This document shows positions 47,720 to 59,635 of a DNA stretch of 64,000 nt, one piece after another. Position numbers and translations under genes: made by a program. The DNA is taken from assembly GCA_964529025.1 (NCBI GenBank), contig CAZGUZ010000001.1, forward strand, positions 6,163 through 70,162, given 5' to 3'. The stretch is from an uncultured Candidatus Saccharibacteria bacterium. Lineage in GTDB: Bacteria > Patescibacteriota > Minisyncoccia > Phycocordibacterales > PALSA-1337. The notes beneath the pieces were generated by a model. It saw only the letters and a program-made list of their open reading frames with translations. It had not been told where the DNA came from and ran no database searches. Each line of letters starts with the position of its first letter. Position 1 is the first letter of the stretch.

Positions 47720-50700
47720 ATGTCCCGATTCGTTCATCTCCACACTCACAGTCACTACTCACTCCTTAATGCCCTGCCAAAAATCGACGATCTTGTTGAT
47801 GAAGCAAAGAAGTATGGCATGAAATCTTTGGCATTAACTGATGCCGGTAACATGTATGGTGCCATTGAATTTTACAAACAATGCACTAAAAAAGAGATTA
47901 AACCAATTATTGGTGTCGATGCCTATGTTGCAGCGCGAACACGTAAAGATATGCAGGCAGGAGTCGACAGCCGCCGTACCCGACTTGTTCTTTTGGCAAA
48001 AGATTTTACGGGGTATCAAAATCTTATTAAACTTGTTACATTTTCTCACACTGAAGGCTTTTACTATAAACCACGTATCGACCGTGAACTGATTTCAAAG
48101 TATCACGAAGGCCTTATTTGTATTGCTCCATCATTTTCAAGTGAAATATCTCAAGCTCTTAAATCACGCGATATAGAAAAAGCAAAAGAAATCATAAGCT
48201 TCTATAAAGAAAACTTTGGTGCAGACTTTTACCTAGAAATTACTCGTCACCCCGAAATTGATGGGCATGAAGCACTCATGAATCAGCTCATTAAGCTTGG
48301 GCACGAAACATCAACCCCTCTTATGGCAGCGCACGATGTGTACTATTTGCATCCGGAGGACAGAGTGGCTCGAGATACACTCATGCTCGTAAATACAGCT
48401 GGTGGCGACGCTGCAGCAGAACGCCTCAATGATAGCGATGAAGAAGATTTTTCTTTTATTTCTCCGGAACGAGCCGAGGAGCTCTTTGCAGATATACCCG
48501 AAGCTCTCGACAATACCGCAAAAATTGCCGAATCATGCAACCTTAAACTTGAATTGGCAAAGTGGACATTCCCTAACTACATTGTTGAAAGCGGTCTTTC
48601 ATACGACGATGAATTGCGCCGCATTGCTTATGAGGGAATTCCAAAACGAGGCCTTAAAGTAGACGACCCTGAAGTTGTTAACCGACTTGAATACGAACTT
48701 AAGGTTATTAAAGATAAAGGATATGCTCAGTACTTTCTCGTAGTGTCAGATCTTTTGCGCTATGCACATGAAAATGGCATCCTTACCAACATTCGAGGTT
48801 CGGTTGCTGGTTCCCTTACAACGTATGTAACTCACATTACGAATGTAGACCCTCTTGAATACCGCTTACCGTTCGAGCGTTTCCTTAACCCGCAACGACC
48901 TTCTGCTCCCGATATCGACATGGACTATGCCGATAACCGTCGCGACGAGGTTATTGGCTATGCCCGACAAAAATATGGTCATGATAAAGTGGCGCAGATC
49001 GGAACCTTTGGTACCATGATGGCCCGTGGTGCTGTTCGCGACGTAGCTCGCGCTATGGGTTACCCCTATGACCTTGGCGACAAAATATCAAAAATGATAC
49101 CGATGGGCGCACAGGGCTTTCCCATGACTATTGATCGCGCCCTCGAAGAAGTTCCCGAGCTCAAAGAGCTCTACACCAAAGAAGCCGATGTGCAAAGAAT
49201 TATCGATATGGCAAAAAAGATCGAAGGTTGTGCCCGACACATTTCGGTGCACGCGGCCGGCGTCGTAATTGCCCCTCGACCACTTGATGAATATGTACCT
49301 CTTCAGTACGACCCAAAAGGAGAAGGAAAAATTATTACCCAGTACGACATGCACGGTGTGGGTGAAGATGGCGTTGGTCTTCTCAAGTTCGACTTCCTTG
49401 GAATTAAAAACCTTTCGATTCTTGCTGATGCAGTTGACCGCGTTAAAAAAATCGAGAACATTGATGTCGACATCGAAAATATTCCCCTTAATGATCCTAA
49501 AACATTCGCAATGCTTGCCCGCGGTGAGACGGTAGGCCTTTTCCAGCTCAACGGTACAGGTATGACTCGATTCTTGGTCGAGCTTAAGCCTTCAACAATT
49601 CACGACATTAACGCTATGGTGGCTTTGTACCGACCGGGACCGCTCGAAATGATCCCTGTCTACATTGAGCGAAAACACGATCATTCAAAGATTGAATATA
49701 TTGACCCTCGCCTCAAAAATATTATTGAGCGATCTTTCGGAGTTATCACCTATCAGGACGACGTTATGATGATTGCCATCGAGCTTGCTGGATATTCTTG
49801 GCTCGAAGCCGACAAGCTCCGCAAAGCCATGGGAAAGAAAATTCCCAAAGAAATGGAAGAACAAAAAGGGAAGCTCCTTGATGGTCTTGTAAAAAACGGT
49901 ATGACAGCGTCGAAGGCAAAAAAACTCTGGGAACTTATCGAGCCATTCGCTTCGTACGGTTTCAATAAAGCACACGCTGCAAGTTATGGCCGCGTTGCCT
50001 ATCAAACGGCATACATGAAAGCCAATTTCCCTGCTATTTACATGTCAGCCGTACTCACCGCAGACTCAGGCGATGTAGAAAAGATTGCCGAAATCATTGC
50101 TGAATGTAAGCGTATGCAAATTCCTATTTTGCCGCCTGACATTAATGAAAGTTATAGTCAATTTACCGTGATTAAAGGCAAGGATGGTGAACCAGATCGC
50201 ATCCGTTTCGGACTCGTTACTATTAAAAACTTTGGCCAGAATATCGCCACATCAATTATTGATGAGCGTAAGCGTGGCGGACACTTTACATCACTTATTA
50301 ATTTCCTTGATCGAGTTCAGGATAGAAACCTCAATAAAAAATCACTTGAAGCACTCATAAAGGCTGGCGCCCTTGATAACTTTGGTCATGAGCGAGGCAC
50401 CTTACTTGGAAACATCGAAAATCTTTTGGCCTACAATAAAGAGCACGAAAAGCGCCCCACAAATCAAGACTCTCTTTTTGGCCTTATGTCCGACACATCA
50501 TCACTACCCACACTTAAGCTTGAACCTGCTCCAGCAATTCACCCACGCCAGCGCTTAGCTTGGGAAAAGGAATTACTTGGTTTGTATGTCTCTGGTCACC
50601 CTCTCGACCAATACCGCGAAGCAATTGAAAAGAGCGGTATGAATATAGCCAAAGCAAAAGAGACACTTAAAGATGGTGCCGAAGCAACATTTGCTTGCAC

Positions 50701-50920
50701 CATTGAAGAAGCAAAGCAAATTGCAACCAAAAAAGGCGACCTTATGGCCTTTCTTAAAGTTGCCGATTTTACAGGTTCGCTCGAAGCTGTAGTTTTTCCT
50801 AAGACACTTGCAACTTATCGTACCCTCCTTAATCCTGACGCTTGCATTGCACTTAAAGGAAAGATGTCTGAGCGCAATGGCCAAAAGAGTATTATTATCG
50901 ACAAAATTAAGGTGCTTTAA
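47720..50920 (+). CDS. dnaE: DNA polymerase III alpha subunit
   Basis: HLHTHSHYSLL, FERFLNP..PDIDMD, HAAG, KFDFLG, FNKAHA, OB fold. Confidence 0.98.
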   Translation: MSRFVHLHTHSHYSLLNALPKIDDLVDEAKKYGMKSLALTDAGNMYGAIEFYKQCTKKEIKPIIGVDAYVAARTRKDMQAGVDSRRTRLVLLAKDFTGYQNLIKLVTFSHTEGFYYKPRIDRELISKYHEGLICIAPSFSSEISQALKSRDIEKAKEIISFYKENFGADFYLEITRHPEIDGHEALMNQLIKLGHETSTPLMAAHDVYYLHPEDRVARDTLMLVNTAGGDAAAERLNDSDEEDFSFISPERAEELFADIPEALDNTAKIAESCNLKLELAKWTFPNYIVESGLSYDDELRRIAYEGIPKRGLKVDDPEVVNRLEYELKVIKDKGYAQYFLVVSDLLRYAHENGILTNIRGSVAGSLTTYVTHITNVDPLEYRLPFERFLNPQRPSAPDIDMDYADNRRDEVIGYARQKYGHDKVAQIGTFGTMMARGAVRDVARAMGYPYDLGDKISKMIPMGAQGFPMTIDRALEEVPELKELYTKEADVQRIIDMAKKIEGCARHISVHAAGVVIAPRPLDEYVPLQYDPKGEGKIITQYDMHGVGEDGVGLLKFDFLGIKNLSILADAVDRVKKIENIDVDIENIPLNDPKTFAMLARGETVGLFQLNGTGMTRFLVELKPSTIHDINAMVALYRPGPLEMIPVYIERKHDHSKIEYIDPRLKNIIERSFGVITYQDDVMMIAIELAGYSWLEADKLRKAMGKKIPKEMEEQKGKLLDGLVKNGMTASKAKKLWELIEPFASYGFNKAHAASYGRVAYQTAYMKANFPAIYMSAVLTADSGDVEKIAEIIAECKRMQIPILPPDINESYSQFTVIKGKDGEPDRIRFGLVTIKNFGQNIATSIIDERKRGGHFTSLINFLDRVQDRNLNKKSLEALIKAGALDNFGHERGTLLGNIENLLAYNKEHEKRPTNQDSLFGLMSDTSSLPTLKLEPAPAIHPRQRLAWEKELLGLYVSGHPLDQYREAIEKSGMNIAKAKETLKDGAEATFACTIEEAKQIATKKGDLMAFLKVADFTGSLEAVVFPKTLATYRTLLNPDACIALKGKMSERNGQKSIIIDKIKVL

Positions 50921-50977
50921 ATACCGAGTAAGTTGAGCACTAGTTGGATTTAGTATTGTTGTAAATACAATTATTTC

Positions 50978-51739
50978 TCAACCCCCAACCCTCTCTAGGT
51001 GACCAATGCGACCCTCGTGTGATTGCCACATTTTGATAATAAAATCCGTTTGAACAGCGAGCTCGGCTCGAGTGGGTAAATTTTTAATATCATCTTTTGT
51101 TGCGAATTGCTTAAGATCTTCCTTAGTTGCACACAACTTAAGATCTTCTTTGGTGGCGAATCTTTCAAGATCTTTCTTTGTTGCAAACTTTTCGAGATCC
51201 TTTTTTATCGCAAACAAATTTGAGTCTACCTTAGTAGCTAAATTCTTTGCATCATCTTTGGTGAACATGTTTTTAGCCACAAGTTCCGCAAGAGCATTTA
51301 CCGAGGTATCCGTATGTTCTATCAATTCTCTTTTGAGATCGTGAATGTATTGTGGTACATGATTTTCATTATGATCAATTAATTCCTTCTTGAGATCATT
51401 AATGTACTGTGGTATATGGTTCTCTGTGTGGTCAATTAACTCTTTTTTAAGGTCGTGAATATATTGAGGTATGTGATTTTCGGTATGTTCCATTAACTCC
51501 CTTTTGAGGTCATGGATGTACTGTGGAATATGATTTTCAGTGTGGTCAATTAATTCCTTCTTGAGATCGTGAATATATTGAGGTATGTGATTTTCAGTAC
51601 GGTCAATTAACTCTTTCTGAAGATCATGAATGTACTGTGGCACATGATTTTCGGTATGTTCAATTAACTCCCTTTTGAGGTCGTGGATGTACTGTGGTAC
51701 ATGCTCTTTCGCACTATTTTGAAAGGAATTTTGCGACAT
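50978..51739 (-). CDS. Tandem-repeat coiled-coil protein
   Basis: 7 x 19-aa HxPQYIHDLKxELxxHTEN repeats, then 8 x 9-aa xATKxDLxx repeats. Confidence 0.85.
   Translation of the reverse strand: MSQNSFQNSAKEHVPQYIHDLKRELIEHTENHVPQYIHDLQKELIDRTENHIPQYIHDLKKELIDHTENHIPQYIHDLKRELMEHTENHIPQYIHDLKKELIDHTENHIPQYINDLKKELIDHNENHVPQYIHDLKRELIEHTDTSVNALAELVAKNMFTKDDAKNLATKVDSNLFAIKKDLEKFATKKDLERFATKEDLKLCATKEDLKQFATKDDIKNLPTRAELAVQTDFIIKMWQSHEGRIGHLERVGG
51305..51703 (-). repeat. Seven 57-bp coding tandem repeats
   Basis: Repeats are conserved at the amino-acid level with mostly synonymous DNA differences. Confidence 0.85.
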
Positions 51740-51914
51740 ACTTTATTAATTTATGATATGTATTTAGTATAGTTTTTTGCATAAGTTAAGCAAGGATTTT
51801 TTCTACAAAAAATTCATAACTTTTTGATTTTTCTGAGTATAAATTGTGAGCAAGCTGTGTAAGCAGCAAAATTGTCTCATTTGCAACAAAACTGGGCTTG
51901 CGCTACAATGCAAG

Positions 51915-52097
51915 AAATAGAGATTGTTGCGACTACCAATCGCAATTGGGTAACCAAGCGAAAGCCTAATCTATGTACAGAGATTGCTGCAATATATACG
52001 ATATACGCAGCGAAGCCCGGTGGAACCGCGGAAGACCAGAGTCTTGCGCCCGAGCATATACACGATTATTCGCGTATAGGCTCGGGCGTTTTATTTT
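51915..52097 (+). promoter_or_regulatory. T-box riboswitch (compact) upstream of thrS
   Basis: GGTGGAACCGCG at 52019-52030; antiterminator partner CGCCCG; terminator CGCCCGAGC...GCTCGGGCG-TTTTATTTT; promoter TTGCAA-17-TACAAT. Confidence 0.85.
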
Positions 52098-52111
52098 ATT
52101 AATAAACACAC

Positions 52112-53863
52112 ATGTCACACAATAACGAACAATTACCGCTTATTCGACACTCACTTGCCCACCTTTTGGCAAGTGCAGTTATTAAACTCTATCCAGAAAC
52201 TAAAGTAACCATTGGTCCAGCTGTTGATAATGGTTTTTACTACGACTTTGACCTTGCTCAACCAATTAACGAAAAAGAGCTTGGAAAAATCGAGCAGAAA
52301 ATGCGAGAAATCTCAAAAAGTTGGGATGGCTTCACTGCAAAAGAAGTTTCGAAAGAAGAAGCTTTAGAATTCTTTAAAGATAATCCCTATAAAATAGAAC
52401 TCATTAATGAGATTAGTGCGAAGGGTGAAAAAATAACCCTCTATACTTCGGGAGACTTCACCGACCTCTGTCGCGGTGGCCACGTTAATTCAATGAAGGA
52501 TATTGATATGAAAGGCTTTAAACTTTATCGCATTGCAGGAGCATACTGGCGCGGAAATGAAGCTAATAAAATGCTTACTCGCATTTATGGCCTCGCTTTT
52601 TCAAATAAAGAAGAGCTCGAAGCATACGAAAATCAGCAAAAAGAAGCAGAAAAACGCGATCACCGAAAACTCGGAAAAGAACTCGATATTTTTGAATTCA
52701 ATGAAGATGTTGGTGCGGGTCTACCCCTCTGGCTTCCTAATGGCGGAGCAATTATAGAAGAACTTGAAAAGCTTGCTAAAGAAACTGAGTTTGCTTATGA
52801 ATACGAGCGCGTTCACACACCTCACCTTGCAAAAGATAAGCTCTACCTAACATCGGGGCACCTTCCTTATTATGAAGACTCTATGTTCCCTCCTATGGAA
52901 TACGAGGGTGGCAAGTACTACCTCAAGGCTATGAATTGTCCGCACCACCACAAAATTTTTGATGCGCGACCACGCAGCTATAAAGAAATGCCTCTTCGCT
53001 TGGCAGAATACGGTACCTGCTATCGTCATGAAAAATCAGGAGAACTCTTTGGCCTTATGCGCGTACGTTCTTTGCAAATGAATGATGCCCATATTTACTG
53101 TACCGAAGAACAATTCTTTGATGAATTCAAGAAGGTTATTGAAATGTATTTGTACTATTTCAAGATCTTTGGAATTAGTAGTTTCAAAATGCGCCTTTCA
53201 AAGCATTCAAAAGAAAAGCTTGGTAAAAAGTATATTGATAATGAGGCTCTCTGGGTTAAAACTGAAGATATGGTTCGTAAAAGTCTTCAAGACCTTAACG
53301 TACCATTCTTTGAAGCCGAAGACGAAGGTGCTTTCTATGGACCAAAAATTGACGTTCAGATTTGGTCAGCAATTGGTCGCGAATTTACTCTTGCAACAAA
53401 CCAGGTAGACTTTGCTGTTCCGGAGCGCTTTGGACTTACTTATGTAGACAAGGATGGAACAAAGAAGACTCCTCTCTGTATTCATCGAGCTCCACTTTCT
53501 ACCCACGAGCGTTTTATTGGCTTCCTCATTGAGCACTATGCGGGTAACTTCCCTCTCTGGCTCGCACCTGAGCAGGTCTATGTTGTTCCCGTTAAAGAGA
53601 CAGCATTTGATACAGCGCAGAAAGTATACAAAGAACTTCGCCAACGAGGAATTCGTGCACGTATTGATACAACTAATGACGGCTTTGGAAAGAAGGTTCG
53701 CAAAGCAAAAGATGCTCATGCGCCATACACCATCATCATTGGTGACAAAGATATTGAGGCAGGTAAAATCACCCTTGAAAGTCGTGATCATGGCCAAATC
53801 GGGCAAATCACCGCAGAAGAAGCAGTTGCCCGACTTGAAGCAGAAATTAAGCAGAGATCGTAA
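52112..53863 (+). CDS. thrS: Threonine--tRNA ligase (lacks TGS domain)
   Basis: RHSLAHLLA, DLCRGGH, RDHRKLG, MNCPHH, FYGPKID, IHRA..STHERF. Confidence 0.98.
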   Translation: MSHNNEQLPLIRHSLAHLLASAVIKLYPETKVTIGPAVDNGFYYDFDLAQPINEKELGKIEQKMREISKSWDGFTAKEVSKEEALEFFKDNPYKIELINEISAKGEKITLYTSGDFTDLCRGGHVNSMKDIDMKGFKLYRIAGAYWRGNEANKMLTRIYGLAFSNKEELEAYENQQKEAEKRDHRKLGKELDIFEFNEDVGAGLPLWLPNGGAIIEELEKLAKETEFAYEYERVHTPHLAKDKLYLTSGHLPYYEDSMFPPMEYEGGKYYLKAMNCPHHHKIFDARPRSYKEMPLRLAEYGTCYRHEKSGELFGLMRVRSLQMNDAHIYCTEEQFFDEFKKVIEMYLYYFKIFGISSFKMRLSKHSKEKLGKKYIDNEALWVKTEDMVRKSLQDLNVPFFEAEDEGAFYGPKIDVQIWSAIGREFTLATNQVDFAVPERFGLTYVDKDGTKKTPLCIHRAPLSTHERFIGFLIEHYAGNFPLWLAPEQVYVVPVKETAFDTAQKVYKELRQRGIRARIDTTNDGFGKKVRKAKDAHAPYTIIIGDKDIEAGKITLESRDHGQIGQITAEEAVARLEAEIKQRS

Positions 53864-53893
53864 TTCTCATTATTGCAGTAATGCTACAGTAGT

Positions 53894-53925
53894 AGCAAAA
53901 AACCGGTTCAAACCGGTTTTTTGCT
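53894..53925. terminator. Bidirectional terminator after thrS
   Basis: AGCAAAAAACCGGTT-CA-AACCGGTTTTTTGCT. Confidence 0.75.
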
Positions 53926-53991
53926 GACATTATATTGAATAGTACCCGTTATATGCATTACTGCATATGCCGTACTCACATTCAATAAGAA

Positions 53992-55383
53992 TTATAGTTT
54001 ATTCTTATTGTAAATCATGTAGAAGATAGTTCCCAAAAGCACGAGAATAACAAGGATAGAAACTGAACCCCATGGTGCATTCTTAAGTGAAAGAATAGAA
54101 GCCGCTCCTAAAGCACTAATTGCACCTGTAAGAGTTTCTTTATCCGCAGATTTAACATCTGTTGTTCCAGACTTAGTACCACTTGATGGACTAACAGTGC
54201 CGCCGCGCACAGCAGAGCCAGTAATTGAAACTGATCCGCAAGCTACTGTAATTTGGCGACCAGCTGAGTATACGGTTACATTTGCGCTCTTAAGCCCTTG
54301 CGTATAGTAACCAGTCACAACGCTGTCTCGGTTACTCTGTAGACTGTCTGAGCCACTCCAAGCATATGCATATGAGCCATTACCACCTCGAGGATACACC
54401 ATCCATGTTACAGGAACTCCAGGATTAGCAGATGTTCTATCAGCTGTACATGAAGCTGTTAAATCACCATTATAAACTGATGAAACTCGCTGTGTAGTAT
54501 AGTAACGATCTGAGTCATTATTATCTTCAACACGAACTGTTGGACAGCTACGTGTTTCATATTGACCTCCAGAGCGAACCTCGACTTCCATACGATATGT
54601 TCCTGGATAATCATACTCAACTCGTGTTGTGCGGCCAGTATCACTAAAACCATCAGAACCGTCCCATTCATAGCGATATGAACCTGAACCACCATCAGCA
54701 TCAGCTTCATAGCGAACTGATTCACCTACCTTAACTGTTCTGTCATCGACAGTACACTTAACATCTAGATCGTCGTCATTATCATAGTCATCATCGTAAT
54801 CGTAGTCATCATAGTAGTCAGAACTTGAACTATAAACAATAACTGAGTGTGAACATGTTTGTGTAATAGAACGACCACCAGAAGTTACACGGACCTGCGC
54901 TGTTTTAGTACCTGTTCTATCATAGCGAATAGATGCTGATGATCCTGAATCAGAAAGTCCTTCAGTACCAGTCCAAGAATACGAGTAGTTACCGTTTCCA
55001 CCCCATGCAGAGGCATTCCAAATAACTGTACGGCCAACATAAGACACCGCTGTACCAGAATGACAACTTACACCAAGCTGACCAAAGTCATATTCAGAAT
55101 CAACATTAGAATTAGAATTTGATGTAGAAACAACTGCAGGACTTACAACTACAGCTGAATTCCCTGAGACTACCCCACCAGGACTATTCACATTACTGTT
55201 AACATTGTTGCTATTAACGTAATTTACATTCTGTGGCCCATTATCATCACAGTCGCGAAACACGCAGAATGGATCTGCAATACTTTCAAGAGATAAAGCA
55301 AAAGCGACATGCGGAATAAAAGCCGTTGCAACAAAAAGGGCAATAAAAAAGCCAGTAAATGTGTATTTCATGTGGGTATTCAT
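53992..55383 (-). CDS. Surface protein with three PKD/Ig-like repeats, signal peptide and C-terminal TM anchor
   Basis: Repeated C...V.W...GG.G.Y.Y.W.G....Y...G.....V.V.SGG....C units; signal peptide ending AFA; hydrophobic C-terminus followed by basic residues. Confidence 0.8.
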   Translation of the reverse strand: MNTHMKYTFTGFFIALFVATAFIPHVAFALSLESIADPFCVFRDCDDNGPQNVNYVNSNNVNSNVNSPGGVVSGNSAVVVSPAVVSTSNSNSNVDSEYDFGQLGVSCHSGTAVSYVGRTVIWNASAWGGNGNYSYSWTGTEGLSDSGSSASIRYDRTGTKTAQVRVTSGGRSITQTCSHSVIVYSSSSDYYDDYDYDDDYDNDDDLDVKCTVDDRTVKVGESVRYEADADGGSGSYRYEWDGSDGFSDTGRTTRVEYDYPGTYRMEVEVRSGGQYETRSCPTVRVEDNNDSDRYYTTQRVSSVYNGDLTASCTADRTSANPGVPVTWMVYPRGGNGSYAYAWSGSDSLQSNRDSVVTGYYTQGLKSANVTVYSAGRQITVACGSVSITGSAVRGGTVSPSSGTKSGTTDVKSADKETLTGAISALGAASILSLKNAPWGSVSILVILVLLGTIFYMIYNKNKL

Positions 55384-55467
55384 ACGTTGCAACATTATAT
55401 ATCAAAATAACGCTACAGTCAACACCTTAAGACCCTTCTGTACAGCCCTACTTTTTGCTACAAACTC

Positions 55468-57615
<2,148 letters not shown>

Positions 57616-57704
57616 TTAATTATACCAAAAAGAGACAGTTATGTCCCTTTACATTAACCACACTTTGCTTTCTTATGCGCCACAGAATGGCTCAGAATCA
57701 GTAT

Positions 57705-59633
57705 TTATCGAATCTCCCATCCTCGAGCCTTTAAAGCTTCGTAAATTGCTTGTACTGGAGCTGAAATTTGCTCTTCGGTAAGCGTTGCTGTATTTGACTG
57801 AAACACCAAACGGAAAGCATATGAAGTCTTTGAACTTCCATCATCGAATGTCTTGGTAAATATATCGAAGAGGCGCAAGCGTACACAATATTCACCCTTA
57901 TGTTGATCTATAACGGCACGAATATCTGCTTCTGTAATGTCTGTCGGCACGAATACGGCAATGTCGCGCACAGAGAATGGAAATGGTGAAAATGGATTGT
58001 ACCGAGTAGTCCCCTTACTTACCAAGGGAATACTTTCAAGTGTTGCTTGGTCTTTTGCTCTATACGAAGTAAGGTCCATTTCGAATTCGGCAGCATATAA
58101 CTTACCTGATGTTTTTGTTGCAATAGGCTTGCATGTTATGCCAACACTCTGTTCAATATCCTTAATAATTGATTCGATATCTTGTTGCGGATTTTGACCT
58201 TTCACTTTCTTAATATGAGCACAAGCAAGTCCAACAAAAATCTTTTCTCCTGTTATTGGAAAAACTTTTCCAATTTCAAACTGTTTGAGCGTATCAATTT
58301 CAAGAATGTCTGCATTGCGAGCATTTACCTCGGCACTCTCAATAAGATTTGGCAAAAGAGATGTTCGCAAAAATGCTTTATCTTTTGCTACAGGATATGC
58401 AGTTTCAAGATCACCTTTACTACTTAATGTGTATAAAATTGTTTCGGTCCACCCCTGCTGAGCAAGAACTGATTTAATTGATTCAAGAACAAAATATTGT
58501 GTATTTATAGGCTGAGGCTGAGTATATTCAGGTAGCTTATTGGGGAGTGTTTCGTAGCCTAAAAGTCGACCGATCTCTTCGGTAAAGTCGGGCATAATAA
58601 CTAGGTCACGACGCCATACTGGTGGTGTCACCTTAATATCCGCACCTTGCACCACCTCAACCACGCAGTGCAAACTGGTGAGTATTCGTGTGGCATCATC
58701 CAAAGCAACCTCTCGGCCGAGCAATGAAGAAATCTGCTTTAGAGAAATTACTCGTGATTCTGCCAACTCTTTATGTGGGTAATAATCATATATTTGACCA
58801 ACAGAAATTTTAGTCCCGTGAAGTATTTTTGCTAAATATGATGTGAAAGCTTTAACTCCTTCAACAGTCATTTCGGGACTAATATTATTTTCAAAACGCT
58901 TTGATGAATCGTTTTTAATACCAACTTTTTCTGATGTTCTTCGAGTCTTAACAGGATCAAAGTTTGCAGCCTCAAGAAGGATTGTTGTTGTAGTTTCGGT
59001 TACCTCGGCTACCTTACCTCCTTTTATACCAGCAAGTGCTAAAGAGTTCTTGGCGTCAGCAATAACAACCATTGAAGAGTTAAGCTTTACCTCTTTTGAA
59101 TCAAGCGTTGTAAATAACTCGTCATTATTTGCATTACGAACAGAAATTTCTGAAGCAAGCTTACTTGCATCAAAAGCGTGGAGTGGCTGCCCTGTTTCAA
59201 ACATGACATAGTTTGCCAAGTCAACAATAAGGTTTATTGAGCGTTGCCCAATAGCTTCGAGTCGATTTCGTAGCCATGCTGGAGTTTCGGTATTCTGAAT
59301 GCCTTCAATACGACACGCCGTATATCTGCGAACACTTTGTGGATCGCAATCAATACTTACCTCTGGGGCACTTAATGTGGCTTGTGGCAGTGCATGGTTT
59401 CTATCATTGCGCTTAATACCTAGGATTGCCGCCAACTCATATGCAATACCATTCCATGACAAAGCGTAGTGTGCGCGATCTGGTAAGACCTTAATATCAA
59501 TAACAGTTTCGTCACCAATACTTTCTATACCTTCTACTTCAAAACAGCGAGCAATGAGAGCATTGCTAATTTGCTCAACCGTTGGTGTTGAACTACCGAA
59601 TTCTTCTTTAAGCCATGAATAAGGGATTTTCAT
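57705..59633 (-). CDS. pheT: Phenylalanine--tRNA ligase beta subunit (short)
   Basis: PDR, NYVMFETGQPLHAFD, RRDL....D..EEIGR..GY, RDIA, FDX-ACB C-terminus. Confidence 0.95.
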   Translation of the reverse strand: MKIPYSWLKEEFGSSTPTVEQISNALIARCFEVEGIESIGDETVIDIKVLPDRAHYALSWNGIAYELAAILGIKRNDRNHALPQATLSAPEVSIDCDPQSVRRYTACRIEGIQNTETPAWLRNRLEAIGQRSINLIVDLANYVMFETGQPLHAFDASKLASEISVRNANNDELFTTLDSKEVKLNSSMVVIADAKNSLALAGIKGGKVAEVTETTTTILLEAANFDPVKTRRTSEKVGIKNDSSKRFENNISPEMTVEGVKAFTSYLAKILHGTKISVGQIYDYYPHKELAESRVISLKQISSLLGREVALDDATRILTSLHCVVEVVQGADIKVTPPVWRRDLVIMPDFTEEIGRLLGYETLPNKLPEYTQPQPINTQYFVLESIKSVLAQQGWTETILYTLSSKGDLETAYPVAKDKAFLRTSLLPNLIESAEVNARNADILEIDTLKQFEIGKVFPITGEKIFVGLACAHIKKVKGQNPQQDIESIIKDIEQSVGITCKPIATKTSGKLYAAEFEMDLTSYRAKDQATLESIPLVSKGTTRYNPFSPFPFSVRDIAVFVPTDITEADIRAVIDQHKGEYCVRLRLFDIFTKTFDDGSSKTSYAFRLVFQSNTATLTEEQISAPVQAIYEALKARGWEIR

Positions 59634-59635
59634 AA

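Noticed and set aside
51305-51703. Possible CRISPR array or DGR template/variable repeats
   Set aside because: The repeats are contiguous in-frame 57-bp units without unique spacers, differences are not adenine-specific, and there is no cas or reverse transcriptase gene
53933-53988. Bulged hairpin as an integron attC site
   Set aside because: There are no RYYYAAC/GTTRRRY ends and no integrase; more likely a 3' UTR structure between convergent genes
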